Assembly: GCA_002633005.1 (NCBI GenBank)
Contig: NMRA01000016.1
Span: 223,396-287,395 of the forward strand
Direction of reading: 5' to 3'
DNA from: Phoronis australis
Taxonomy: Eukaryota; Animalia; Phoronida
Length of the DNA: 64,000 bases
Shown: positions 36,701 through 50,700 of the stretch, piece by piece
Numbering within the stretch: position 1 is the stretch's first letter
Layout of the letters: every line of letters starts with the position of its first letter
Made by a program: the position numbers and the translations under genes
Notes under the pieces: model-generated
What the model was told of the DNA's origin: nothing
The model's database searches: none
What the model saw: the letters and a program-made list of their open reading frames with translations, nothing else

Positions 36701-39700
36701 GATTACGTCAGATCACAAGTATACCTCTTGAAAATGGTTGCCGAGAACCAGTTTTCACTGAACAACAGCAATGTCCGTTATTCAGTGAAACTAGTTTCCA
36801 GTAGACATTTTGAAGGACTGTTAACTCTCCCTTTACCACATTTTCAGTTAAGTATATGTAAGACCTTATCAACAAGTCTATATTTAGCCAAATATCTGCA
36901 ACACTACAGAATTTAACTCGGCAAAAGAACATTTTCTGAAAGCAGAAAACCTGAAAACTTGTTTTTCACTTATCAGCCATTAACTGTGTCACGAGACCAC
37001 ATCTTTCTAAAGAGCAAATCTTTGCAAAAACGAAAGGTAAATAGGGATAGTAAAACAAGAGTATCAATAACATGGCAAATTTCATTTGAATATATAAATG
37101 TTCAAGGTGATATCTCAAAACCAATAAGTTTTCTAAATTATCATTATGTTCTTATGCAACTTTTGGAATTTATCACTTATTTTTGATAGCTCCTCATGCA
37201 AAAATCGAATATTTTAACAAAAATTTCTAATAGCGTTTTGCTTACCTAAAGCATCGTATCTTAAAGTTACATATGAATCCTAAGAATTGAGAAATAATGT
37301 TCCGAAGCTAGCCAAATTTTGACATTTTTCTAAGTTAAACTTAAAAATCCAAGTGAAGGGCATACATACATCCTTGTGGGTGAAGAGTGTTCTGCAAGTG
37401 AGCAAAGAATCAAACATGGTGCAAACTGCCATTGCGCTTTCATAGAACAATGACTACTAAGATTTTGGACAAAAATAAATTGCCAAAATCAATCTTTTTT
37501 ATCACTGCATAGGCCTCTAACCCAGAACATTATGGAAGATCACTACATCCAAAAACAAGCACTACTTTCACTAGCTGCGCATGTCACTATCATTTTTACA
37601 GCAAAATGAAAAGGTACCGCTATGCGATGCAGTTTCAATCACTTGCAATGCAAAGTAGAAAGAACATGAGGGTTTTAAAATAAGGCTCAGGATTTCAAAA
37701 ACAGCTCAGAGCTTTGACAAACGTGACTCACAACATTTCAAACCCGATACACCATCACGTTTGAATAGATGCAGAGAAAATACACGACCTGCGACTGCTA
37801 TAATTCTTCAGACATTTCACACAAAAACAATTTCCGTACAGGCGATTTCTTTAATTCAAAAGCTGAAAACCTTGCAACAACCACTAATTATTCTACACTT
37901 TGTTTTACATCAACTCTAGGCAACTGTACCGTATAAACCATGATGACAAAACTTTTACATTTACCTTTGTTGAGATAGTTAACATTAAATTCTGCTTTTC
38001 TGACATACAGTTATAAATTCTTATAAAACGCACAGTAAATACTACACATTACTAAAATACCTCCACGGCTCCATCTGCCAAGTCTACTCTAAAACAAACT
38101 CATGTCACTGCTTACTTCTACCACTCCCGACCCATTTCCACAGGCGCCCTTCGGTTGACACACTAACCCTCAGGTGATGACGATATCATTTCTAAATGTG
38201 GCCACCAATGTACTACTATCAGAAATGCATAGCCATGACATCAATAAAGGAGAGGTGAATATTAAAAATAACTGCCACTTCAATGACATTGCGACTCTGC
38301 TATTCTGCTGCAGACTCAACCGGCTCTCTTCAAACGAAACTGAGAAGTGTCATTATTGTCAAATGGTAATCAACTGTTTGGTCATGGTGAGGAATATACA
38401 CCGGACAAGCTGATAATATATTTCTGGTGAATTAAGATTAATGAACAAAAGTGCATCTTCCTGTACCATTTCGAATACCCAGCCAATCAACATTAGTTAT
38501 TGATTTTCCATTGGTCAATAATTCCCACATACTAGTTAGTGTGTACAGGAGACCTAGTCAATTTTATAACCATCAAAATGTCTTCAGATGTGAATGCAAG
38601 TCACGGATTACTAGTTATGAGCAGAGCGAAAGTATGATAATATCAAACACAATGTATAAGCTCTCTATGACTGTAACCTTATCGGAATTAGATAAGATGA
38701 AACTTAAACCGCAGATATTAAAAAATGTCCTTGTTAAAACACCTACTAAAAGCGACACATAAAACACTGTGTAATAGAATGCTTAAATGTAAATACCAAA
38801 ATTTCTTAACTGACGTGGGTAAAACCTGTATCACAAACAAACATCAGTGAAAGACGAAGGAATGATCTAAAAAGCATTCAGCGATTCCTTCAAGGCCTTA
38901 TAGAACACAGAAAACAATTTCTTTCATCCATTGTTCGTTACCTAAACAACAAAGTTCAACTATAGACTTACAAAATCAAGATCCCAATCCTACCATAGTG
39001 TCAGTCTAGTATGGCACAGACAATATACCTGACAGTTCATGCAAGTAGCCATTGTGTCACATGAACACGTCACATGGGGGATGCTGTACCAGTGATAGCC
39101 AGCATGTACCAAGCTCCACATTAATATTCTGAAGATAATCACGGCCCCTTTCCGTATTGTCAGAGCCAGTAATTTAGATACGCTTATAAGACTCCGATTA
39201 CTAGGATTAAAAAGCAAAATTCGGATCATATTGCAAATTATTCAATTCTTTAAAGATTCTTTGGATCACCGTTAATAGTTATTTTCCGATATAGAGGTGA
39301 CGTAGTAATTTGTAAGCAACATACGGTGCCGTCTGCAGTTTACATGAACTTGGATGGAGATTTTAAATCGGTGAAATTTCTCATAATTTTTTAATCCACT
39401 CACACCGCCATCATACAATCCACCCAGTGGGTTGTTCAAATGATTCGTGAAAAAGTCCATACCTAAATGTACTTGAATGAAAGAAAATTTTGTTTCGTGT
39501 TCACAGACTCCAGAAATCGTCATTTGAAATTGGATTCACAACACAAAAAAAGTCCCACTGAAAAAATAGTGCCACTATTGTATCCTTCTTTCCGAAAAAA
39601 CAAACTATGTATTGCAGCATCAAGTTCAACCAAACTAGCTATCACCAGGACGACTACACTGACATGTGATCATATGGTTCGAAGTTCCAAATTTCTTTAT

Positions 39701-41365
39701 CTCAAGATTGGATGACTTTCATGTCACAAGGTCAATTCATATTGGAGAATATGTATTTGCTCTATTTATTTATGTAATTACTCGTTTACATAACACTGGA
39801 AACTGAAGTGAAAGCCAGCATTGTAACAAATAGAGAAATGAACAATAAATGGAAATAAGGGTTGCTGCCATTCACAAATAATACAACTATGAAATAAGAA
39901 TGGTTACACTAGGAATTTGAAGCGTTTTCACATATTCCAAGTATTCTAAAAGTTCTATAGAAAGGTATACAAGTGTCCCTGAATCTGACTACAGAGAAAG
40001 GCTGAATTGATTGTTCAGACTGTGCAGCTGACTTGTATAGATTTTGCACGCTCACCAGAAAGGGTTCTTTATTATATTACTGCATTCTACGCTCAGTTTT
40101 TATGGACGAAAACATCTCAACAGCTCGGTTGCTTGTCTTTGACCTTGGCACATCAGGTGCATCAATATCTACATTGAATCTGCACAGCTCATTGCGTTTG
40201 GTGTTAAAACTCAAAATTTTCTTGTTCTTTCAGGAATCAGAAGCAATAGCCAAGTTATGGCACAGCGGTCATACAATGAAACTTGCCTTGTGGCTAGATG
40301 GTGATGAGTCGTTACTACACAGTGCATTTGAATGGTGATAAAATGCAGTGGATTTCCACGTGATTTTTATTTGCGATCATCATGCTGTCAAATTACCACT
40401 GTTGTTCGGTAGAATATTTAAATAATTCACAAAAAATGTTACAACATCTCAAAATGTCTGTGAATGAAAGAAATTACGTTTGAAATGGTCAGAAGACATT
40501 TTAAAATTTTGCTGAAATCTTCTCTACATTACAGTTTTGCCATTTACACCCTGTGCTCATTATGCATTTCAATTAAAAGTCAGTCCATTTTCAGTGGCGC
40601 GTTTAGGGGGCCCCTAAAATTTCCCAGATTCCAGTTGACAGTTCGGGGCGCGAATGTTTGATGGGCAGAATCCTGGTTAATATTCTGCCCTGCCTCCTCC
40701 CCCCAACTCAAAATCCTGGACCCGCCCCTGATTTTGACAAGTGTATATAAGTTAGAGAACCAGGAAATCACTAAATAATGCTCCCTTATTTAGTGTATGA
40801 AACTGGTTCCGTAAATCAGGGTCCATTGTATCCGACTAGTGCCTATAGGTTTTCACACCCGCAGATCAACTGTGAATGGACAGTGGGAGAGGTAGATAAA
40901 ATTAACTGGAAAAATGTAGCTGGTGGAAATACAACCATAATATTTAAGCCAGAATACTTCAGATAAATTTGATTTTATACATTGTAATCAACCACTGACA
41001 AAAATCGGCGAAATCAATAAACTCGACATTGAATTATCTAATCATGACAAAAATTTTTAGTTTTACTTGGTCATTCAGCGAGTCCCAGTAAGAGTTTAGT
41101 AAGTGGATAACACTTATTAAGAAACACGTTAAAAAGAAAATGCTCGTGAACTGGCTATTAAGGACAGCTGATACCAGCAACCAAATCTTCGCCAAAACAA
41201 CTTGTCACCGAGACGAGACCAGCAGCAGTGGCCTCCGGGGTCAGTGACAAGTCGGATGGAAAAAGTATTCCGACAGTGACAGTACAAACCTGTGAAAACC
41301 ATCGCTGACGATGCTCCCATTACACCGAAGAACGGTGTGTAAATAGGTTCACCAGTGGCAACCAT
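33735..41365 (-). CDS. ATP6V0C: V-type proton ATPase 16 kDa proteolipid subunit c, 3 exons, 154 aa
   Basis: Exons 41290-41365, 35221-35404 and 33735-33939 (465 nt): [54 protein letters not shown]...[35 protein letters not shown]. The proton-binding Glu is in IFAEVL. Confidence 0.97.
34020..34313. repeat. 29-bp minisatellite, ~10 copies, in ATP6V0C intron 2
   Basis: Unit AAAACACTGTTCACACGGGTGTAGAGAAC with variant centres; no unique spacers. Confidence 0.95.
40592..40730. mobile_element. 139-bp MITE with 5-bp TSD (hAT5-like)
   Basis: Termini CAGTGGCG...CGCCCCTG with ATTTT on both flanks (40587-40591, 40731-40735). Confidence 0.7.
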
Positions 41366-41731
41366 TTTAACAAATAATTACGTTATACAGACACAAAACG
41401 AAGTATTTAGTGGAAGTAATTTTTTGTCGCCTGCTCCCTTGCCTCCAAGACGAAAAGATGGAGGTGTCGATTTTATCATGTGACCTCTACTAGTTATATC
41501 ATATTGTCTTGTTACGTAGCTGTTCATTGGTTAGCTCGTGAAATATCTACACATTTTACCCAATAGGTTGGCGTGCTACATCGCCGGCTTTTCCAATGAC
41601 GTCAAATTATCGATGGTGCGCAGCCTCCGTGACCGACCTTGAAGTACGATAAACACATGTCGACAACGAGATGTTGGTTGCAGTTTGTCATTCTGCGTGA
41701 AAAATTGTGAAGCGTAATCGAAGTTTTCACC
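41366..41731. promoter_or_regulatory. Bidirectional promoter shared by ATP6V0C and PWP2
   Basis: Divergent ATGs are 366 bp apart. Motifs: TCATGTGAC (M-box/CLEAR) at 41476-41484, CCAAT/ATTGG boxes near 41526, 41559 and 41593, and CRE palindrome TGACGTCA at 41597-41604. Confidence 0.85.
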
Positions 41732-44700
41732 ATGAAGTTTGCTTATGAGGTAATACCAGTGTTGCGTTACCTAGAGGGCGTTATATAACATTGGTGTGAA
41801 CTTGGCGATGGGTCGATGGACCATAGGGGCTTGACGGGTTTTACAACGCCGGGGACACCGGTCGTCCTCAGCTCAGGCTCAGGTTCAGCTTCTGATCGTC
41901 CCATAGCAAACACAAAACTCAATAAATTTTCAAAAAATAGAGGTTCAACAAACCATGAGGAATTGTTCTTTCTCCCAATAGGCAATATTATAGCCAGCCA
42001 GCTAGCTGTATGAAGACTTTCGTCAAAATGCAGCTGGGTCCCACTGCGTGTATTTCTTCCGTAGACCCCGAAATTGCACACAGCCAGGGTAGTTCTGTTC
42101 GTCACCGCGCCGTGAAATTTGTATCAACATGTAAAGCTTAAGACCGGACGGTGTGCATGCAAAATCTGGGACTCAACCGACACTCACCTTGCTCGTTACA
42201 GCCGTTTAAGTGAAAAACAATGCAATAAACGTCATTTTCTTGCGTAACTCTCTGCCTTTTCTAACAATGAAAAGTATTTCGTCGTTTTGAAAACAGTACG
42301 CTCGCCATTTCCTAAATTTTTGCGACATCTCTCGGGAGATGATGATAGCTTGGCAGCAACAAAATTTCTTCTGAAATTATTGATTTTTCGGTACCAAAAT
42401 TCTAAAAACTTTTAATTAAGTGAAACCAGTTCTGATAATTTGTTGTGACGTGTACGCAACCTTGTGAAAGAACAACAGTTGATTGAAGAATCGGCGAAAA
42501 AGAAACTGGCCAATAGGTGACGCAAAATTTCATGGCGCCGAAAGCCGTCACTAAAGATCGCTCCACAACTTTAGCAGCAGAATAACGGTAGAACGCCATT
42601 TTTGCCAACCCCGTTAAATAATTTAAATTACTCAAGGAAGACTGTAGTTTTTAATAACGCTAATTTTGTGTCAGATTTTATCTTACCACTTTTTTACCCG
42701 CATCGGTGCAAAGCTGTATATTTATACAGCTTTGTACCAAGGCTATACCATTTACAGTGTCCAGCTCCACCGAGTTCGCAACAAATTCATGGTCAAAGCA
42801 CAAAAATCTTCCCAAAAAGTTGTTGCACACCAGAAATATGCTACACGGAAATTGTCGGTTTGTCACGGAAGGTCACGACATCAATAACTCCACTTAGCCA
42901 GACCATTTCTTAACCTTCCGTGGTGAACGGGCAATTGCCGTCGATTCGTAACTCATTGGATTATTCCGACGATGAGAAGCTGAGGACGCCTGTGGCTGGG
43001 GACACTAAACACTCCACAGTCTCTAGTTGAACTACAGACGGGGAAACGCTTCGTACGCCGGAAGCTTTTCAGCAAATTATGCCTCACACTGCTTAAAAAA
43101 TCAAGGTTGCGTTGTTATAAGTGCCTTTTGCTCTTAGAGGGACACCTTAGGAGGCCGTCGTTGTCTTTAATTCCTTCCAATTCAACCAAAAGTTCCATTA
43201 TCAAACTTTTTCTTCAAGCAACTCCTTCGTTCAGTTCCCCAAATCAGAAACTGGCCACTTGTAACACTGTACGCGGCATGTGGTATGACGTCATATACCC
43301 TGGTGTGCATTGTGTAAAAATGGCCAGTTTCTGATTTTGGGAACTGAACGAAGGACTGATTGAAGAAAAAGTGTGATAACAGGAGTATTTGTTGGAGTTG
43401 GAGGGAATTAAATACATCGAACGCCTCCTAAGGTGTCCCTCTATGCCCAAAACGTACTCATAACAACGCGACTTTGACGTTTTAATCAGTGTGAGGCATA
43501 ATTCGCTAAAAGGATTCCGGTATTGGAAGCTCCTGTAGGAGCTTCACCATCTCTACTGGCCATCTAGAGACGGTGGTCACTGTCTAGGGACAGATTAGAC
43601 AGTGATCAACGTCTCCAGCTGGCAAGTAGATACAGTGGCACTGTCAACCGGACTTTAAGTTTTACTGAACGCACCTCCAGTATACACCATAAGTAAAGGG
43701 TATACAGCCTACATTACAGAATGACAAGGATGCACGGAACTCTGGGGAGGTTCGAATCCCACCACTACATGCATCATGTAGTTGCGCGATAACAAATCTC
43801 ACCAGACTTACAGCGCATCTGTGTCGCTGCATGATGTCCGCTGTATTCCCTTCCTTACTTACATGGTGTGTACTAGAAGTATGTTGTAACAGATCGAAGC
43901 AAGCCCCTATGATGAAACCACAAGTCGCATGGCTCGGAATTGAAGTTATGTATATGGGGAGTGTAACCACTTGCTATCCTATCCTGCTGTACCACGATGG
44001 ATCATCATAGGGTAGCTAGCGTATCATGTAGTGCTGAGATTTAGAAGTTCTCGAGACCATCGTGGTATAGCAGGAAATCGAGTGGTTACCCTTCCTTTAT
44101 TACATAGTGTATGTGCTAAAAAAATTGAGATAAGCTCCGTGGTTAAGCCTAGCTTGGCCATGGCCACGGGCATTTAAAAATAAAACTTTGTCTTTGTCAC
44201 TTTTCCTTTTTATACTTTGGGTGGTGGGTCATGGGTATTGATTGAAATAGTGGCGCCAACCCGATCGAGTACGGTACTAAAATTGCCATTTTTCAGAGGC
44301 TTAGATTGTTTTTACTGAAATGTTGGTAACCAGGTGAGTGTTAGTGGACTCTCAAATTTTGCATGCTCCCCATCCAATTAATAGCTCTACACATTGATAC
44401 AATTTTCGTTACTAGATGACAAAGAGAACTATTGGAACGGCGTGAACTTTTGAGGTCTGTATAAAATTTGAGTGCATTGGTTACTGGCTGTATTTTGATG
44501 CTAGTCAGTCTTCCCACAGCTGGCTGGATAACTAAATCGCTACAGATGCTTAAAAAGCCATGTCAAAAGGGAAGTAAAATTAGTGAAAAGTTATATTTGT
44601 TTAGAAATGAAGTTTCCTTTGTCTGTTATATTATGTGCCACTATGGAGAATTTTTGCAATACATATCCGAAAACACGATCATTCCGATTTGCCTTATGTC

Positions 44701-47700
44701 TTCATTACAAACTTATGAAATTATTCCTAAATTGCATAAAATATTCTGAAAAAACACAATTTTGTCCTTACCTCGGCCTTCTGTATTCTTGGCCCTTGGA
44801 ATGCATTTGGGATTCTCAGGGCTCAACTCTTAGCATTAAGCCTACTTGCCAAATTCGACCTGGCTAAATTACCAAGTGCCAAACGGAAACTGAAATCTCC
44901 AAAACAAGGAAACTTTGTGGGCGGGGCTATGAAAGTCCTGGCCGTGTGACAAAAAGTTGGTAACAGCTGCAAGTGAAGTGAATGAGATACCTTAATCAAA
45001 GAAGCGGCGAACTAGACAAATGTCGGTCGATGTATCCAGGTTTGCCCAGGCGGCATTTCTTAGTCAAATGACAAATTAGGAGTGCCCCGTGTGCTCAGTA
45101 ATGGCCAATTTTGAGTGCGTAATCGAATGTGAGGGTGGCAGCTTGGGATTTTTTCCAAAATCTGAGGTTACATTGGTTACCAACAGGTTGCCAAATCGAG
45201 CCTCAGCGTGGGTTTTGCAGGGGTGACAATCTCGCCATTCATTACAAGCAAAACATTGATCACACTAGGTTCCTTAATGAGATGCTTGCGTCTGTGAAAC
45301 TCTATCCTGCTTTCATTATTCATATCATAAAACAGCACTATTCGACGAACTTGTGTACTATTCGTTAATTCATTTCAGTTCTCCAACCTTCTTGGCACCG
45401 TCTACCGTAAAGGTAACATCACGTTCACACCAGATGGCAATAGCGTCGTCAGCCCCGTGGGAAACAGGGTCACTGTATTTGACCTGAAGAAGTGAGTACA
45501 CCTGAGTACAACCAGGCCTGTGTTGTCTCAAAATAGTTCTCATAGTTACTTAAAGGTGCAAAGGTTTCAGTTCTACTTACTTGAAGTGGCGACACGCATT
45601 CCACGGAAGAAACAAACTTTTGATTTAGATCAATTTCCGCTTGCTCAGGTGATTGAAGCACTTTCAGGATTGCATAGAACTGACAGGTCCTTATTCCTGA
45701 AGACTGTACTTGATGCATAAAATGATGCGCTGCAACAAGCCAAGTTGTAATTCTTGATCTTTTGAAGCCCAGCTTCACTTAGGAGCAATTTGACACAAAC
45801 AAATGATCTAAATCAATTTTTTTGTGTTGGGAGGAAGGTTATCACCACCTTAAATGGGAAACCAACATGTGTATTAAATAAGCTTATCAAACTGGACTTG
45901 TTAGTGGAATAGAGACAAAACCAGCTGTTGAACTGAGTGGTCAAATGGGCTTGCAGGTTATGTGAAGGAATAATTGTAGTTTGAAAAAAATGATGGTGAT
46001 AGCAGGACAAAATCCAAGAACATGCCACTTTCACGTTTATAAATGTTTCTGTAGTCCGTAGTCAACTTAAATTGTTGTTGTGTAAAGGAAAATTGCTCTT
46101 GGTTGTGCCATTCAAAATGGTATTTTTGTTCACCTGTGAACATTTTCAGAACATTGGTGTCTGTGTTTCAGCAACAAATCTGGAACTCTACCTATCGAAA
46201 GTCGTCTCAACATTTCTTGTGTGGCACTTGCTCCTAATGGAATGACTATGATCATTGTAGATGAAGGTTTGTACTAGGGTGTGTGTACACACAGGGCTGC
46301 TGACTGTCAACTCGCATGTTTTTATTTGGGTGACCATTGTGTTTTCTATAAAATAAGAAAATGAATTAGAGTCGTCTTCATTTCTGAGCTATTTTAGCTC
46401 AAACAGCATCAGAATGTGGAATTTGACCTCAAAAGTGTGCCAGTTTCAAAGATTGCTATTACTGCGCCACATCTCTTAAAATGTCAATTATGGTATGTCG
46501 TTGGGTTTGTGATTACTATAACTTTATATTCTTATAATCAATTTAAAATTGACATTTGAATTAAATCACACATCACACCTAACCTAATGCCCACTAATGC
46601 TTATAATGTTTAGTCCATGACATCGCTCACTCTTGTTAAACTCCAGGCAAAATCAACATTGTTCAAATTTAATAATTTAATTTGTTTGAAGTAAAAAGTT
46701 AATACTCAAATGTTTTGAGGGCCCTCTTGGAAAGCAGTGCTGTAACTGAAGAGGCCACCCTCATTTTAAGTATCACAATAAATAAAATAAAATAAGTTAG
46801 TCAGTGTCCTAAAACAAGGATTGTTTTACAGCAAGCTGCGTCGGACTCCCTTGAGAAAATAATCTTTTTACCGCACGACTGTCCTAGATTAGTATTTGAT
46901 TAAAATTCGAGCTGATAAACGCAATAAATATTGTGTAAGCCATTGAAAACATATTTCTGTCCCAAACTGAAGACTTTACAATGCAGCCATTCTTGCTCTG
47001 ATCTTGGCATTGATGAAATTAAGTATTCAAAAACTTCTAACACAGTATACTGATATTTCCAACTAGTGGTAAAACTTTTCAAATAAAAAATAAATAAATG
47101 CGTAAATTAATTAAAGTGGCAGTGAAGTTTGCATTGCACATTTTTGTTACTCCAATTTTTCCGGAAACTTTTGTGCATTTTCTTTGGATTGCAATAAGTA
47201 TTCGTAGCCGTAGTTGTGGATGATTTGTCCCCATCAAGGTTGCTAACGTGTTGGCATCTTACAGAGGGTGAGGCTATGCTCTGTAGTTTGGTGAGTAAGA
47301 CGGTGCTTCATTACTACCACTTCCATCGTCCCGTGCACGACATCAAGTTCAGCCCTGACGGCAGGTACGCTTTTAAATCACATGATGGTCATGTTGTTGC
47401 TCACATACTTTTGCCTTGTGTGGTTAAGAAGTTACTCTTTCGCTTCATTGTAGTTGAAAATTTCATAAAATAGATTTTAATGGAACTTAGTTAAGTTGAA
47501 ATTTAAGCCCAAACAATGGTCATTCTATGCAATATTTCCAAACTTAACTGAATTTAATATGAACTGTTTAGTTTAATTTTTATTTTTGGTGGTGCACTGC
47601 CTAAAATGACCACTCTAATGAGTGACAGCTACTCATACATTATGGATACTTAACTGTTATCATATGTAATGTGGTTTCTCACTTTTTATTAAAAATAATA

Positions 47701-50700
47701 GAAAAATAAGGTGAACTCAAACAAGGCCGAAAGTTATGGAATGTTTGTTTAGTGATATCTTTTTGGCTGGCGAAATTCGTCCAGTGTTTTAAACTTATGA
47801 TTGAAAAGAAAGTCGAGTGTTTTGAAAAGGGCATGGAAATAATTCCTTAGTTGGCAGCCATGTTATCTTGTCGCTGACCAGTCAGCAACATACATGATGC
47901 CTTAGTTCTGCTCTTGTACTCTGAAGCAGTCGTGCTCACACAAAACGGCTTGGAATTTTCCTCTTTTTTGGTTTCGATTTCCTTTTATTTGACTTCAGTT
48001 TCCTCCTTTTTCACCTCTTTTTATCATTATTCTGGCTTTATTCATTCAAAAACCTTTATTTCAGTTAAATTTTATGGCACAAAAAACATTTTCACACAAC
48101 CCTATGCATTTTGTAGAACGATACAACACATGGATAATTTTCCTCTTTTTTGCTGTTGGTCATTCCAAGCCCTGACAAAAGTACTCCATTCTTACATAAA
48201 CACCCAGCTCCAACCTCAGTCTTCTTGCATGGAGCTTCACTCCTGTATGCAGAGTATGTTGGAGAGCTTGTACTGTGTGAGTCCAAGTGAGAGTTTGGGG
48301 GTCATGAACTGTGTTTTTGGGTACGTAAGTATTGTTATGTGTGTACAGGCATGAGTTTATTAAGTTGTCGAACTGGATTTTATCGGGCTCGTGAGACGTG
48401 TTTATGGGTACAGCACATGTGACGCTCTGGTAACCTATCAGTGAGCACCATCATTCACTAATTTGCCTGGCAGATTTTATAAAATACATTCACCACTTAG
48501 GCCCTTAAAATGGCTTATGAGTTCCCAGGTGTTCCTTTCATCTATCACGTTAATACTTATTGCCACTGAACTTCACTTCCACACTTCATTTGAATCTTTT
48601 CACAGTTTTTGGATGTTTGTAGAGTGAATAACTTTTCCCAACATGGAGTTTTATGTTAGTGTCCATCTCTAATATCATAACAATAACAATAATAGCTTTA
48701 ACTGCACTAATATTGAACATGTGTGTATCATGATAGTATTCTCTCTTTAGTAAATTTGCTGTGACCAAAGAGCGGAACATTCTCCTGTTTCGGGCACCTG
48801 GACACAATATGGAATTCAACCCTTTTGTCCTTGAGCGCACATTTTATGGTAGCTACGACGACACAGTATGCATTGACTGGACCACTGATTCCAGGTGAGT
48901 GTCGTTACCAGGTGTTAGTGATGTGTTACCATAACCTTTTTAGTATGTGTCAAGACATCGAGTAAACAATGCTCAACTTTATATTAAGCGCTATATCGGC
49001 GGGTCAAAAATAACCAACTTATATGTAAAATAAAAGATATAAAGAATAAAGCAATTCGTTCTGTCACAAATTACTCCTACAAGCTCTGTTGCAACCATGA
49101 GGTAATCGCACCAAACAGGAAAACAGTGATATCTGTCTTTATTTTATGACTAAAATTTTTTGTGACGCAAAAATCAAATCGAAATAATAGTCACATTACC
49201 TAAACAATGCTGGATGTACCTTTAAAGAATGGTGATAGTCTCAAGTCTAAACCCGTTGGAATGCTATCCGGTACAAGTCAGCTAAATCAATGATTTATTA
49301 AAGTTAACATTTAATTTGTGTAACATTAATTTTAACCTTAATTTAATGTAAATTAACATTAATTGTTGCCAACTAGTTGGCCATTGTTGGTGTATTTTCA
49401 GGGTATTCTGTATGGGCTCCAAAGACATGAACACGCGGGTGTATGGTGCTCAGCGGTTCTCCAACCTTGTCGTCTACTCCATGGGTGGTCACAGTGACTG
49501 TATTGTGGGCACTTTCTTTGAGAAGGACTCTCTAGATGTATCCTTTCTGTGTCGTTAGTCAAAGCTTCTTGTTTTCACACCCCTTTGCATGGTTGCATGA
49601 AACAGTCCCAAATAGGGACTCGGCTATGTTCCTCATTATTTTATTGCATTTGTGGACTTGTAAAAAAACACCGATTGTCTTTTCTTGTGCTGTTTTATTC
49701 CCCATTACTAAGTATCTTTTTTGCTTTGGCTTGTGTGAAGAGTGAACTCTACGTTGAATTTTTTAGTGTTATTGTAAATTAATAGGATCTTTTCATGCAA
49801 AGCCCCTAGTTTAAGGATCAAGTCCCTATTTTCTCACTGAAATAGGGGCTTAGTTTTTGATAAGTTATTAGAAAATGGCTGTGAGTGAAAAAGGAGCTCG
49901 TAACTGAGATAAAGTGATACCAAAACGTAACACAATCTTGTGGATAAATGAAGACTGAGACATGCAGAAGATTTTGGCAACTTAGTTGAGACCCTATTTT
50001 GGACTGTTTCATTTTAGACTTCTTGATAGAGGACAAATACGCTTGGCAAATCGCACAACTTCCATACGTTTGCACAAAAACTGACAAATTTGAAGAACGT
50101 GCTGACTTCTATTGTTGCCAAGAGGTCACCATGAATGCTTGTTTCTTCCCCCCTGAACAGTTTGTTAACTTGTAATAATAGCGTCAATTGTCCTCTTGTT
50201 GTGTTGTTCCTTAACGTTGCCCTCTTCAGGTGTACTCCATAAGTCAAAATGGCCAGCTTTGTGTTTGGGAGTGTGACACGGAACTGTCAGGCTTGAAACC
50301 GTATGAACCACCGGACCGTGATGACAGCAGCGATGATGATGAAAATGATGATGTCAGCGAAGAGGGGGAAGAGGACGTGCTGTCAGCTGCAAGACTGACG
50401 AAAGGTGGGTGGAAGAAATGGCCTCGCTTCTATTTTATCCCTTGAAAGGGAAAACATTCATTTACATTGTTGCCTTCAGTAAAAATTTAGATCCTTAGTC
50501 GTACATTTTCCTGAGTTAATTGCTGTTCCCGTGGTGATAATGTGCTGTCAATGGAACAGTTGAAATTGGCGTAAACGGCCGGACAGAAGGCCCACATCAC
50601 TTCCATTGTGTTCAATAGAAAGTTGGACATTGTGTTTCCTCAATGGAAGTGAAGGTAGTGCTGAGATGCGGGCCTTTTGTCAGGCCATTTTTTTCACAAA

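Noticed and set aside
43107-43450. Two similar ORFs on opposite strands
   Set aside because: A by-product of the palindrome rather than genes.
43735-43770. tRNA-like GGTTCGAATCCC B-box (and A-box-like TGGCTCAGTGG near 7556)
   Set aside because: No cloverleaf can be folded; at most SINE remnants.
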